A stretch of DNA of 64,000 bases from positions 16,903-80,902 of the forward strand of contig WQXJ01000002.1 of NCBI GenBank assembly GCA_009784895.1, read 5' to 3'. Under the pieces are notes generated by a model, which was not told the origin of the DNA, did not search any database, and saw nothing but the letters and a program-made list of their open reading frames with translations. Position numbers and translations under genes: made by a program. Numbering within the stretch: the first letter of the stretch is position 1; the number at the start of each line of letters is the position of its first letter. The DNA comes from Micrococcales bacterium. Lineage in GTDB: Bacteria > Actinomycetota > Actinomycetes > Actinomycetales > WQXJ01. Positions 19,361 to 28,282 of this stretch are shown in pieces.

Positions 19361-20410
19361 CTAGGTGGCTTGCCGCATCAGCTCGGCGGCGCCGCGCTGG
19401 ACCCGGGCGGCCCAAGCCGGCCCTTCGTAGATGAAGGCCGTCAGTGCCTGGACCAAGTTGGCCCCGGCCTGCATGTAATCCACAATGTCTTGGGCTTCGA
19501 AGATCCCACCAACGCCAATGATGACCGGTTCCTCACCTAAGGCCTGGCGCAGCCGCCGCACCACCTCAACGCCGCGAGCTTTCAGCATCGGGCCAGAGAG
19601 ACCACCCGGCCCAAGATCATGATCAACGGTTGTGTTGACCGCCACTACCCCGGCCAACCCCAGCTCCAAGGCTAGGGCCGCAACCTGGTCGAGCTCGGCA
19701 TCGGACAAATCTGGGGCCACCTTGACCAGCAAAGGCACCTCGCCACTTTGGCCCCCCAAGGCCCGGCCTTCGGCAGCGCCAGCCTTGGCAGCACGCAAAA
19801 TGGGGCCCAGCGACTGGCTGTCCTGCAGTTCACGCAGGCCAGGTGTGTTAGGCGAGGAGACATTGACCACCAGGTAGTCGGCCCAGGGCGCCAGCCACCG
19901 GGCCGTGGTGTGGTAATCCTGAGGGGCGTCGACGGCCAAAGTCGACTTGTTTTTGCCCAGGTTGACACCTACCAGCAATCGCCGCCCTGTCGATGAGCGG
20001 CGCAAACGCATCAGCCGACCGGCCACCTTCCGGGCCCCTTGGTTGTTGAAACCCATGGCATTGCGCAAGGCTCGCTGCTCCGGCAGGCGCCAGAGCCGCG
20101 GGCGCGGGTTGCCGCCCTGGGCCACCGGCGTCACCGTGCCGACCTCGACATAAGAGAATCCCAGCATCATCACTGCCCGGGCGGTGGTGGCGTCCTTGTC
20201 GAACCCGGCCGCCACTCCCAACGGCCCATCGATAGTCTTGCCAAAGATCGTCACCGCGCCTGAGCCCAGGCCACCGCGCGCCATGACGGCGTGGACGGCT
20301 GCGCGGACCGGGGGCACGGCCGCGGCCAAACGCATCGCCGCAGCCGCCCCGTGGTGCGCCTGTTCGGGGTCAGTGTGGACTAGGAAACGGTCAAACAAGG
20401 TGCGGTACAC
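19361..20410 (-). CDS. pyrD: Dihydroorotate dehydrogenase (quinone), class 2
   Basis: [29 protein letters not shown] and IIGVGGI motifs. Confidence 0.9.
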   Translation of the reverse strand: MYRTLFDRFLVHTDPEQAHHGAAAAMRLAAAVPPVRAAVHAVMARGGLGSGAVTIFGKTIDGPLGVAAGFDKDATTARAVMMLGFSYVEVGTVTPVAQGGNPRPRLWRLPEQRALRNAMGFNNQGARKVAGRLMRLRRSSTGRRLLVGVNLGKNKSTLAVDAPQDYHTTARWLAPWADYLVVNVSSPNTPGLRELQDSQSLGPILRAAKAGAAEGRALGGQSGEVPLLVKVAPDLSDAELDQVAALALELGLAGVVAVNTTVDHDLGPGGLSGPMLKARGVEVVRRLRQALGEEPVIIGVGGIFEAQDIVDYMQAGANLVQALTAFIYEGPAWAARVQRGAAELMRQAT

Positions 20411-20441
20411 GACTTCGAGGCTACCGCCCTAAGATGCAGAG

Positions 20442-21947
20442 GTGATGTCATTACAGGCGGTTGGGGCCAAGCCCGCCAATCTTGTGGCCGATGCCGTCGC
20501 TCTGGTGTGCTCAGAAGGCTCGGCTCCTTCAGCGCTTGGGCCTGACGCCCTTGAAGTGCTGGGTTGGCTTGGTTTTTCCGGCCGGGCGGGCCAGGTCGTG
20601 GTTGTGCCGGCCCGGGCTTTCGCGGTCGAATTGGCCGCGCCGGTGGTGGCTGTGGCCGGCCTGGGCCCCGTCAGCCAGTCCGAGCCTGGGCATGAACAAC
20701 TGCGCCGGGCGGCGGGCACGGCCGTGCGGTCGTTGGCCGGGCGTGCCACAGTTGGCCTGGCCTTTGGCTATGACAGCCCGGAACAGGCCGGCGCCATAGC
20801 CGAAGGCGCGGCCATGGGCGGCTACGCCTTCAGCCAGTACCGGGCGGCTGATCCAGCGCCGCCCAGCACGGTGATGGTGGCGGTGGCCGTGGAGGCCAAA
20901 CAGGTGCCAAAGGCGGTCACTGCGGCGGTCGAGCGGGCTAGTGTCGTCGCCGCGGCCGTGGCCGGTGCCCGCGACCTGGTCAACACCCCGGCCAATGACC
21001 TGACGCCGGCCGTTTTTGCCGAAGCCGCCGTAGCGGCGGCCAAGCCAGCCGGGGTGAGAGCCAAGACTGTCGACCTGCCGGGGCTATTGGAGGGCGGCTA
21101 TGGCGGCATTGTGGCCGTTGGCCAGGGTTCAATCCACCCGCCCTACCTGGTCAAACTTAGCTACGCGCCGCTGCGGGCCAAGACCCATGTGGCGCTGGTC
21201 GGTAAGGGCATTACCTTCGATTCGGGCGGATTGTCAATCAAACCGGCCAGGTCTATGGACACGATGAAATCCGACATGGCTGGGGCGGCCGCTGTGCTAC
21301 AAACCATTTGTGCTGCCGCCCAGCTGAAGCTGCCGGTCAAGGTGACGGGCTACTTGGCATTGGCCGAGAACATGCCTTCCGGCGCTGCCCAGCACCCCTC
21401 CGATGTCGTCACCATGAAATCCGGAACCACCGTCGAGGTCACTAACACTGACGCCGAAGGCAGGCTAATCCTGGCCGACGCGATTACCGCAGCCCTGGAT
21501 GACAAACCTGACTCGATTATCGACATCGCGACCTTGACCGGCGCCCAAGCTGTCGCCCTGGGCGACCGGGTCAGCGCGGTAATGGGCACACCGGCGGTGC
21601 GTCAGGCTGTGGTCGAAGCCGCTGCCTTGGCCGGCGAGGCCTTTTGGCCGTTGCCACTACCTGAGGAACTAGGCGAACTGTTGAAGTCCGATGTCGCCGA
21701 TCTGCTCAACACCAATCTGACCAAACCCAACGGTGGCGCCCTGACCGCCGGGCTGTTTTTGCAGCATTTTGTTGGCCAGGCCCCATGGGCGCATTTGGAT
21801 ATCGCCTCTACCGCGTTCAACCAGGCCGAGGCCTACGACTATGTGCCGACAGGCGGCACCGGTGTTGGGGTCAGAACACTACTGGCCTACCTGGCCGGCC
21901 AAGCCGCCATCGGCCGAAGCAAGCCGCTACCCCCACCACCCTCCTGA
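20442..21947 (+). CDS. pepA: Leucyl aminopeptidase (M17)
   Basis: VGKGITFDSGGLSIKP and NTDAEGRLILADA motifs; 501 aa. Confidence 0.9.
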   Translation: MMSLQAVGAKPANLVADAVALVCSEGSAPSALGPDALEVLGWLGFSGRAGQVVVVPARAFAVELAAPVVAVAGLGPVSQSEPGHEQLRRAAGTAVRSLAGRATVGLAFGYDSPEQAGAIAEGAAMGGYAFSQYRAADPAPPSTVMVAVAVEAKQVPKAVTAAVERASVVAAAVAGARDLVNTPANDLTPAVFAEAAVAAAKPAGVRAKTVDLPGLLEGGYGGIVAVGQGSIHPPYLVKLSYAPLRAKTHVALVGKGITFDSGGLSIKPARSMDTMKSDMAGAAAVLQTICAAAQLKLPVKVTGYLALAENMPSGAAQHPSDVVTMKSGTTVEVTNTDAEGRLILADAITAALDDKPDSIIDIATLTGAQAVALGDRVSAVMGTPAVRQAVVEAAALAGEAFWPLPLPEELGELLKSDVADLLNTNLTKPNGGALTAGLFLQHFVGQAPWAHLDIASTAFNQAEAYDYVPTGGTGVGVRTLLAYLAGQAAIGRSKPLPPPPS

Positions 21948-21949
21948 CC

Positions 21950-22186
21950 TCCCCCTTCACGCGAGTCCAGGCTTTCGCACCACCCTTGCCGCCGCCCTTC
22001 CTCACGCGAGTCCAGGGTTTCGCACCACGCTCTGCCACCTTCCTCTCCACGCGAGTCCAGGGTTTCGCACCACGGTCTGCCACCTTCCTCTCCACGCGAG
22101 TCCGGGCTTTCGCACCACGGTCTGTCACCTTCCTCTCCAAGCGAGTCCAGGGTTTGACACGATGCTGCCAAACCCCAAACTCGCCG
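21950..22186. repeat. Core-repeat array R11 (pepA / M23 convergent region)
   Basis: A 45-bp unit (CTTCCTCTCCACGCGAGTCCAGGGTTTCGCACCACGGTCTGCCAC) repeated five times forward (GCGAGTCC at 21961, 22006, 22051, 22096 and 22141), then one inverted core (TGCTGCCAAACCCCAAACTCGCC). Confidence 0.95.
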
Positions 22187-22204
22187 AAGGTGAGCTGGTC
22201 GGGA

Positions 22205-23452
22205 CTACCTCGAGCCTGTTAGGTATGTCATCGGATCGACCACATCACCGCCACGCTGGATTTCGAAATGCAGGTGGCAGCCGGTCGAGGCACCGGTGGT
22301 ACCGACACGGCCCACCACGCCGCCGCGCGCCAGGTTGTCACCAACTTTGACATCAAGGCCCTGGAGGTGGTTGTAGGTCGACATCATGACCGTCCCACTG
22401 ACCGAGCCGTGGCTAAGCACCACTCGGTTGCCGTAACCCTGAGTTGATTTGGACTGCACCACCGTTCCGGCCGCCGTAGCCAATACCGGCACGCCACAGG
22501 CAGCCCCGTAGTCAACCCCGGCGTGGAAACGCACATCGCCGTAGATCGGGTGGACACGCGGCCCAAAGGGGGACGTCATCGGCGCTCCGGGCAGCGGATT
22601 CAGGAAGAATCTGTCGCCCAGCACGTGACCGGGCAGGAGGCTCTGGTTGGCGTAAAACTGGGCCAGTTCGGCCTGCAAGGCCTGGGCTTCGGCCTCAAGC
22701 TCGCGTTGGCGAGCCAGGTCAGCAGTCTTTTCGGCTTCGAGCCTTTGGCTCAAGGCGGTCATTGATTCAACCAACTCTTCTAGCTTCGCTTTGGCCGCTT
22801 CGGCCTCCTTTTGGGCTGCGGCCGCCTTGTCTAGCGCCTCTTCGGCTTGTTCGGTCAGCCGGGCCGCCTCTGCGGCCACAGCCTCCAGCCGGGCCTGGGC
22901 GTAACGGCCCGCGCCGCTGACTGCCTGGCTCTGCTTGAGAGTGGCGCCGCGCGATGCGGCCACTGCCTCACGAGCCATGTGTTTGGCCAAGGCGGTTTCC
23001 AACGGTTGCCCGCCCACAGTCACGGCTAGTCCCGGATCGGTCATCCCGGCCCCGCTCATGGCATCCCGGGCCATGTAGCCAAGGGCCTTTTTCGTGGCGT
23101 CGATCGAAGCGTCAGCCGAATCGATCTTGGGCCGCAGCCGGTCAAGTTCCGATTCAGCCGATTTCAGCGCGTCGCTTAACTCGGCGTGTTCTCGCATCGC
23201 CTCAGCGTGCTGGGCCATTGCGTCATCCACCGCCTTTTGGGCAGCTTCCATCTGCGCCTCGGCGTTGGCCAGGTCAATGTAGACGGCCGCTAACGTGGGC
23301 GTGGCGTCCTCAAGCAGTTGGCCTAGATCCTGGCCAGGTCCTTGGTCGCCCTGGTTTGCGCTGGCGTAGGAGGCACCTAGGGGCACGACCAGGGCCGCGG
23401 CCGTTAGGGCCGCCGTCACCACTGCTTTTACCGTTCGTGTCTTAAAAGGCAC
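22205..23452 (-). CDS. Secreted M23-family peptidoglycan metalloendopeptidase with N-terminal coiled coil
   Basis: Signal peptide, a long Ala/Glu/Gln-rich coiled-coil region, and a C-terminal HAGVDYGAACG...GCHLHFEI LytM domain. Confidence 0.85.
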   Translation of the reverse strand: MPFKTRTVKAVVTAALTAAALVVPLGASYASANQGDQGPGQDLGQLLEDATPTLAAVYIDLANAEAQMEAAQKAVDDAMAQHAEAMREHAELSDALKSAESELDRLRPKIDSADASIDATKKALGYMARDAMSGAGMTDPGLAVTVGGQPLETALAKHMAREAVAASRGATLKQSQAVSGAGRYAQARLEAVAAEAARLTEQAEEALDKAAAAQKEAEAAKAKLEELVESMTALSQRLEAEKTADLARQRELEAEAQALQAELAQFYANQSLLPGHVLGDRFFLNPLPGAPMTSPFGPRVHPIYGDVRFHAGVDYGAACGVPVLATAAGTVVQSKSTQGYGNRVVLSHGSVSGTVMMSTYNHLQGLDVKVGDNLARGGVVGRVGTTGASTGCHLHFEIQRGGDVVDPMTYLTGSR

Positions 23453-23574
23453 GTTGTCCTTCCTTGCGGGTAGAAAATGGGCTTGTATCGAGGGAACGTG
23501 CCGTTGCCACCAGGCATTCCTGCCCGATGCCGGCCCTCAGCTACCAGCGATATCCTCGCCTTCCCGCGGGCTCA

Positions 23575-23962
23575 CCCCCGCCCCCATTTCAGCCAGTCCG
23601 AGGTTTCGCAGCATGGTGCCACCGCCAGGGCTCGGCCCACCGCTTTCACCGAGTTCAGAGTTTCGCAGCACAGCCACCGCCCCCATATCAGCCAGTCCGA
23701 GGTTTCGCAGCACGGTGTCAAACCCTGGACTCGCCTGGGGGACATGATGTCAAGCCTCGGAATCGCGTGGGAGAGGTGCTGTCAAGCCTCGGACTCGCGT
23801 CACCGACAGTGGTGTCAAGCCTCGGACTCGCGTAGGAGAGGTGCTGTCAAGCCTCGGACTCGCGTCACCGACAGTGGTGTCAAGCCTCGGACTCGGTTGG
23901 AAAGGAGTGGTGACAAACCCTGGACTCGCGTTGGGGGTGGTGACAAACCCTGGACTCGCGGT
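23575..23962. repeat. Core-repeat array R12 (M23 peptidase / hypothetical gene)
   Basis: Three forward cores (CAGTCCGAGGTTTCGCAGCA type) are followed by about 8 inverted cores (GTGTCAAGCCTCGGACTCGCG, GTGACAAACCCTGGACTCGCG). This includes a 65-bp unit repeated twice (GTGCTGTCAAGCC at 23776 and 23841). Confidence 0.95.
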
Positions 23963-23976
23963 TTGTCGGGGCGGCG

Positions 23977-24324
23977 TTAGGGGTTGGGGCGTTTGGTTTT
24001 AGCCCGTTGGGCGGCGTTCCAGTCGCGCATTCGCTGTGGATAGCCGGTGAAGTTGACGTCATAGACCGGCAAACCCAGCTGAGCGGCGATCTCGCGGCCA
24101 GCGGCGGCGTTGGGGATCTTGCGCCGGGTCCACTCGCCGGTCGTGGCAATCAGCAACAACGTGGTCTGATAGTCCTTGGTCGGCGGCTCAAGATAGGCCT
24201 CGACCCCAACCCGCGAGGCCGAGAACTCCTGCAGGTGGGCCATGGTTTGCCGCTTGGCTTCTCCGGCCGATTCCTTGGCCGGCCCGGCGGATTCGCCGCC
24301 CCTACGGCGCTTGAACCAACTCAC
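23977..24324 (-). CDS. Conserved hypothetical protein (115 aa)
   Basis: Clean ORF between a repeat array and lpdA with coding-like composition. I recognise no motif. Confidence 0.5.
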   Translation of the reverse strand: MSWFKRRRGGESAGPAKESAGEAKRQTMAHLQEFSASRVGVEAYLEPPTKDYQTTLLLIATTGEWTRRKIPNAAAGREIAAQLGLPVYDVNFTGYPQRMRDWNAAQRAKTKRPNP

Positions 24325-24470
24325 CGGCCCAGCCTACTGGCAAGTGCATCAAGCGCAGTTGCCCTATCAGCCCAAAACCATGGAAAGATACTTGAGGGCG
24401 TTTGACGACCCAAACAGCTTTTGTCCCCGTGGCTTTCATAGCCCTGACACTGAAGAAGGTGCAAAGCGAA

Positions 24471-25847
24471 GTGGCTCAGTTCGATTACGACGTGGTAATT
24501 CTGGGGGCAGGCAGCGGCGGTTATGCCGCAGCCCTGCGCGGCGCCCAGCTAGGACTCAAAGTGGCGCTGGTTGAATCCGACAAGGTTGGCGGCACTTGCC
24601 TCCACCGCGGATGCATTCCAACCAAGGCCATGCTGCATTCGGCCGAGGTGGCTGACCAGGTCAAAGAGGCAGGCAAGCTTGGCGTTTCAGCCCAGTTTGG
24701 CGGCATCGACATGGCACAGGTCAACAAGTTCAAACAAGGCGTCATTGACCGGCTCTACAAGGGCCTCAGCGGCCTGGTCTCCGGGCGCGGCGTCGACTTG
24801 GTCACCGGCCACGGCAAGCTGGTCTCAACCAACGCCGTCGAAGTAGACGGACGGCGCCTGGAAGGCGACAACGTGATCCTGGCAACGGGCTCGTATTCGC
24901 GCTCAATCCCAGGACTGACCATCGAAGGCCGGGTCATGACATCGGACCAGGCCCTCGAGATGGACTGGGTGCCCACCAACGCCATTGTGCTTGGTGGCGG
25001 CGTCATTGGCCTGGAGTTCGCCTCTGTTTGGCGTTCATTCGGGGCCGAAGTCACCATTGTTGAAGGACTGCCCAACCTGGCCCCCAACGAGGACGTGGCG
25101 GTCTCTAAGGTGCTGGAGCGGACCTTTAGGCGCCGTGGCATCAACTTCAAGACCGGCGTTATGGTCAAAGACGTCACCCAAAGCGATGACCAGGTCACTT
25201 TGACCCTAGAAAACGACGAAACGCTGACCGGTGATGTGGTGCTAGTGGCCGTTGGCCGTGGACCCAACACCGCTGGCCTTGGCTACGAAGACCATGGCAT
25301 CAAAATGGACCGCGGCTTCGTCCTGACAGACGACCAGCTGCACACCGGCGTAGCCAACATCTGGGCCACCGGCGACATTGTGCCTGGCCTGCAACTGGCC
25401 CACCGCGGCTTCCAGCAGGGTATTGCCGTAGCCGAGCGCATCTCTGGCATCAAGACCCCAGCTCAGGCCGAGGCTGACATCCCGCGTGTAACCTATTGCG
25501 ACCCAGAAATCGCATCGGTTGGCCTGACCGAGGCCCAAGCCAAAGAACTGCATGGCGCCGAGGCCATCGAAACGGTCGAATACAACCTGGCTGGTAACGG
25601 CCGTTCCCAGGTTCTCAACACCCAAGGCTTTGTCAAGCTGGTGCGCCTGGCGGCCGGACCCGTCATCGGCGTTCACATTATTGGCAGCCATGTTGGCGAA
25701 CTGGTTGGCGAAGCCCAACTGATCGTCAATTGGCAGGCCTACCCCGAAGACGTGGCCGAGCTGGTCCATGCTCACCCCACCCAAAACGAGGCCCTGGGCG
25801 AAGCCTTTATGGACCTGGCCGGCAAACCCTTGCACGCCCACGCCTAG
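24471..25847 (+). CDS. lpdA: Dihydrolipoyl dehydrogenase (E3)
   Basis: DYDVVILGAGSGGYAAA, redox disulfide GGTCLHRGCIPTK and HAHPTQNEA. The GTG at 24471 is preceded by GAAGAAGG; the track start 24402 adds an atypical 23 aa. Confidence 0.9.
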   Translation: MAQFDYDVVILGAGSGGYAAALRGAQLGLKVALVESDKVGGTCLHRGCIPTKAMLHSAEVADQVKEAGKLGVSAQFGGIDMAQVNKFKQGVIDRLYKGLSGLVSGRGVDLVTGHGKLVSTNAVEVDGRRLEGDNVILATGSYSRSIPGLTIEGRVMTSDQALEMDWVPTNAIVLGGGVIGLEFASVWRSFGAEVTIVEGLPNLAPNEDVAVSKVLERTFRRRGINFKTGVMVKDVTQSDDQVTLTLENDETLTGDVVLVAVGRGPNTAGLGYEDHGIKMDRGFVLTDDQLHTGVANIWATGDIVPGLQLAHRGFQQGIAVAERISGIKTPAQAEADIPRVTYCDPEIASVGLTEAQAKELHGAEAIETVEYNLAGNGRSQVLNTQGFVKLVRLAAGPVIGVHIIGSHVGELVGEAQLIVNWQAYPEDVAELVHAHPTQNEALGEAFMDLAGKPLHAHA

Positions 25848-25886
25848 ATCAATCCCTGCACAACTGCCACAGAATCGAGGAAGAAA

Positions 25887-27182
25887 GTGTCCCAGTCAGT
25901 GCCAATGCCAGCCCTTGGTGAATCGGTTACCGAAGGCACAGTTACCCGCTGGCTCAAAAAGGTTGGCGACAAGGTTGAGGTCGACGAACCGCTGGTTGAG
26001 ATCTCAACCGACAAGGTCGACACCGAAATACCATCACCCTTTGCCGGGGTGCTCCTGGAGATAAAGGTGCCAGAGGATGAAGAGGCTGAGGTTGGCGACA
26101 TCCTGGCCATTCTGGGCGCCGATGGCGAGGCCCCGGCTCCGGCAGCAGAGGCACCCGCCGCTGAGGCGCCGGCCGAAGAAGCCCCGGCTGAAGAGCCGCC
26201 AGCCCCGGTCGAGGCCCCGCCGCCACCGCCCCCGCCGGCACCGGCTGCGCCCCCGCCGCCACCACCACCCCCACCGCCCGCGCCAGCACCCGCACCTCCG
26301 GCACCTGCCGCACCGGCTGAAGCGCCGGCATCGGCCGAGGCAGCTGGCTACATCAGCCCGCTGGTGCGGAAGATCGCCAACGATCTGGGCGTTGACCTGG
26401 GCTCGGTTGTCGGTACTGGCGTTGGCGGACGGATCAGGCGCGAAGACGTGGTCGCCGCCAAGCAGGGTCCAGCCCCGGCTGCCGGTGCCACCGCCGCTGG
26501 TGATGCCCGCCTGCGGTCGGTTGGGGCCGACATGTCATTCGCGGCTGCCCCGGCTTTGACCCAGCTGACCTCCGTGGCGGAGGTCGATATGAGCGGCGTG
26601 GTCCAGGTCATTGAGAAGCTGTCGGATCGCTTTGAGGCCCGCGAAGGCGTTGAGCTTTCGGTCAGCGCCTTCTTCGTCAAGGCGGCCGCTGAGGCGCTCA
26701 AGATCCATCCGAAGTTCAACTCTTCGATCCTGGATGACGAGGTCACCCAGTATAAGCAGCAGAACATCGGCATTACGGTCGACACCTCGCTCGGCCCGGT
26801 AGTACCGGTCTTGGCCGATGCCGGCGCGCTCGGCCTGGTAGGCCTGGCCCGGGCGATTGCACAGGCCACAGCCAGGGCTCAGACTGGCGCCTTGCTGCCG
26901 GACGACCTGTTGGGTGGCACCATCACCCTGACCAACCCCGGTGGCCCGGAGATCATGCTGGGCTTCCCGCTGATCCAGGCGCCGCAGGTGGCGATTTTGT
27001 CGGTCGGCGCGGTGACCAAACGCCCGGTCGTGGTCGGTGACGGTATTGCGGTCAGGTCGATGGCCTACTTGACGCTGTCCTACGACTCGCGCCTGATTGA
27101 TGGCACCGATGCGGCCAAGTTCTTGGCCTCGATCAAACACCGGCTCGAGACCACCAGCTTCGAAGCCGAAATCGCGCTATAG
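25887..27182 (+). CDS. sucB: 2-oxoacid dehydrogenase E2 component (SucB/DlaT-like), catalytic His replaced by Ser
   Basis: One lipoyl domain (EISTDKVDTEIPSP), a Pro/Ala linker, the E3-binding domain (ISPLVRKIANDLGVDL..GRIRREDV) and a catalytic domain. The canonical S-Y-D-H-R-L-I-D-G motif reads LSYDSRLIDG, with Ser401 encoded by TCG at 27087-27089. Confidence 0.85.
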   Translation: MSQSVPMPALGESVTEGTVTRWLKKVGDKVEVDEPLVEISTDKVDTEIPSPFAGVLLEIKVPEDEEAEVGDILAILGADGEAPAPAAEAPAAEAPAEEAPAEEPPAPVEAPPPPPPPAPAAPPPPPPPPPPAPAPAPPAPAAPAEAPASAEAAGYISPLVRKIANDLGVDLGSVVGTGVGGRIRREDVVAAKQGPAPAAGATAAGDARLRSVGADMSFAAAPALTQLTSVAEVDMSGVVQVIEKLSDRFEAREGVELSVSAFFVKAAAEALKIHPKFNSSILDDEVTQYKQQNIGITVDTSLGPVVPVLADAGALGLVGLARAIAQATARAQTGALLPDDLLGGTITLTNPGGPEIMLGFPLIQAPQVAILSVGAVTKRPVVVGDGIAVRSMAYLTLSYDSRLIDGTDAAKFLASIKHRLETTSFEAEIAL

Positions 27183-27198
27183 CGGCCAATAGTCCCAC

Positions 27199-27242
27199 AC
27201 CCGCTCGGGGCGCCGGTTTCCCCTCCGGTACCCCGAGCGGGT
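27199..27242 (+). terminator. Stem-loop downstream of sucB
   Basis: ACCCGCTCGGGG (27199-27210) pairs with CCCCGAGCGGGT (27231-27242), a 12-bp perfect stem. There is no clear U-tract. Confidence 0.45.
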
Positions 27243-27259
27243 CGGTAAACTAACGGATC

Positions 27260-28033
27260 ATGGCATCGCGCAAACCCCCAAGTGACCCTTGGGCTGAGGA
27301 ACCGAAGGGTCGCAAGGCCAAGCGGGCCGCCAAGAAGGCGACCAAGACCGGCCAGAAAAAGACCCCTTGGTACAAGCAAATCTGGCAAGTCTTCCAGATG
27401 GCCCGCCAGGCCGAACCGCTGATTTGGCTGTGGATGCTGGCGGTGGTGGTCGGAACTGTAGCGATTGGCCTGGCCATTGGGTTGTTCGTGTGGCGCGGGC
27501 ATTGGCTCTACATGACCTTGGTGACCTTGCCGATGGGCCTGATGAGTTCGCTCATCCTGTTGGCCCGGCGGGCTGAACGGGCAGCCTACGCCCGGATTGA
27601 AGACCGGCCCGGCGCGGCCTTTGCCGCCCTTAGCCAGATCAGACGCGGCTGGTCGATTGACCAAGAGCCAATCGCAGCCGACCCGAAAACCCAAGACATG
27701 GTCTTCAGGGCGGTGGGCCGGCCCGGCGTGGTCTTAGTGGGCGACGGCAACCCCAACCGGCTTGGCCGGATGATGAAAAAGGAACGACAGCGCCTGGGCC
27801 GGCTGGCGCCCGGTGTGCCGGTGATCGAACTGGTCGTGGGTAACAATAAAGGCCAAGTGCCTCTAATGAAGCTGTCACGCAAGCTCCAGCGACTCAAACC
27901 GCAGCTGTCGAAGGCAGAGGTGGCCAATGTCAACCAACGGCTGCGGTCGATGGGCGGGATGAAGCTGCCATTGCCCAAGGGCATCGATCCGATGCGCGCC
28001 CGGCCCGACCGCAAAGGCATGCGCGGCCGCTAA
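27260..28033 (+). CDS. DUF4191 domain-containing membrane protein
   Basis: Lys-rich N-terminus, WYKQIWQVFQMARQ, and two TM helices. It has the same position relative to glnA as M. tuberculosis Rv2219. Confidence 0.75.
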   Translation: MASRKPPSDPWAEEPKGRKAKRAAKKATKTGQKKTPWYKQIWQVFQMARQAEPLIWLWMLAVVVGTVAIGLAIGLFVWRGHWLYMTLVTLPMGLMSSLILLARRAERAAYARIEDRPGAAFAALSQIRRGWSIDQEPIAADPKTQDMVFRAVGRPGVVLVGDGNPNRLGRMMKKERQRLGRLAPGVPVIELVVGNNKGQVPLMKLSRKLQRLKPQLSKAEVANVNQRLRSMGGMKLPLPKGIDPMRARPDRKGMRGR

Positions 28034-28282
28034 CCCCCCTTTTTTCGCCGAGTCCGGGGTTTGGCAGCACACCTGTTTGCCTCCCCCTTTTTCGCCGAGT
28101 CCGGGGTTTGACACCACCTCACCTGGTACCTGCTACCCCCGCCAATTCGCCGAGTCCGGGGTTTGCACCACCCCACCTGGTACCTGCTACCCCCGCCAAT
28201 TCGCCGAGTCCGGGGTTTGGCAGCATGCTGTCAAACCCCGGACTGGCTGAAATGGCCATGGTGCGAAACCCCGGACTGGCTG
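28034..28282. repeat. Core-repeat array R13 (DUF4191 / glnA)
   Basis: Four forward CGCCGAGTCCGGGGTTTG(G)CA copies then two inverted copies. It includes the 38-nt near-perfect palindrome AGTCCGGGGTTTGGCAGCATGCTGTCAAACCCCGGACT (28207-28244). Confidence 0.95.

Noticed and set aside
21950-22186. CRISPR-like appearance of regularly spaced direct repeats. This applies here and also at 9131-9260 and 58990-59090.
   Set aside because: The spacers between cores are themselves repeated and nearly identical from unit to unit, so these are tandem repeats rather than repeat-spacer arrays. Cores are only ~22 nt, degenerate, occur in both orientations at 20+ loci, and no cas genes are present.
26150-26340. 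Highly repetitive GC-rich DNA (CCGCC/CCACC runs) inside sucB.
   Set aside because: It encodes the Pro/Ala-rich interdomain linker (PPPPPPPAPAAPPPPPPPPPPAPAPAPPAPAAPAEAPA) normal for E2 proteins. It is not a mobile or regulatory repeat.
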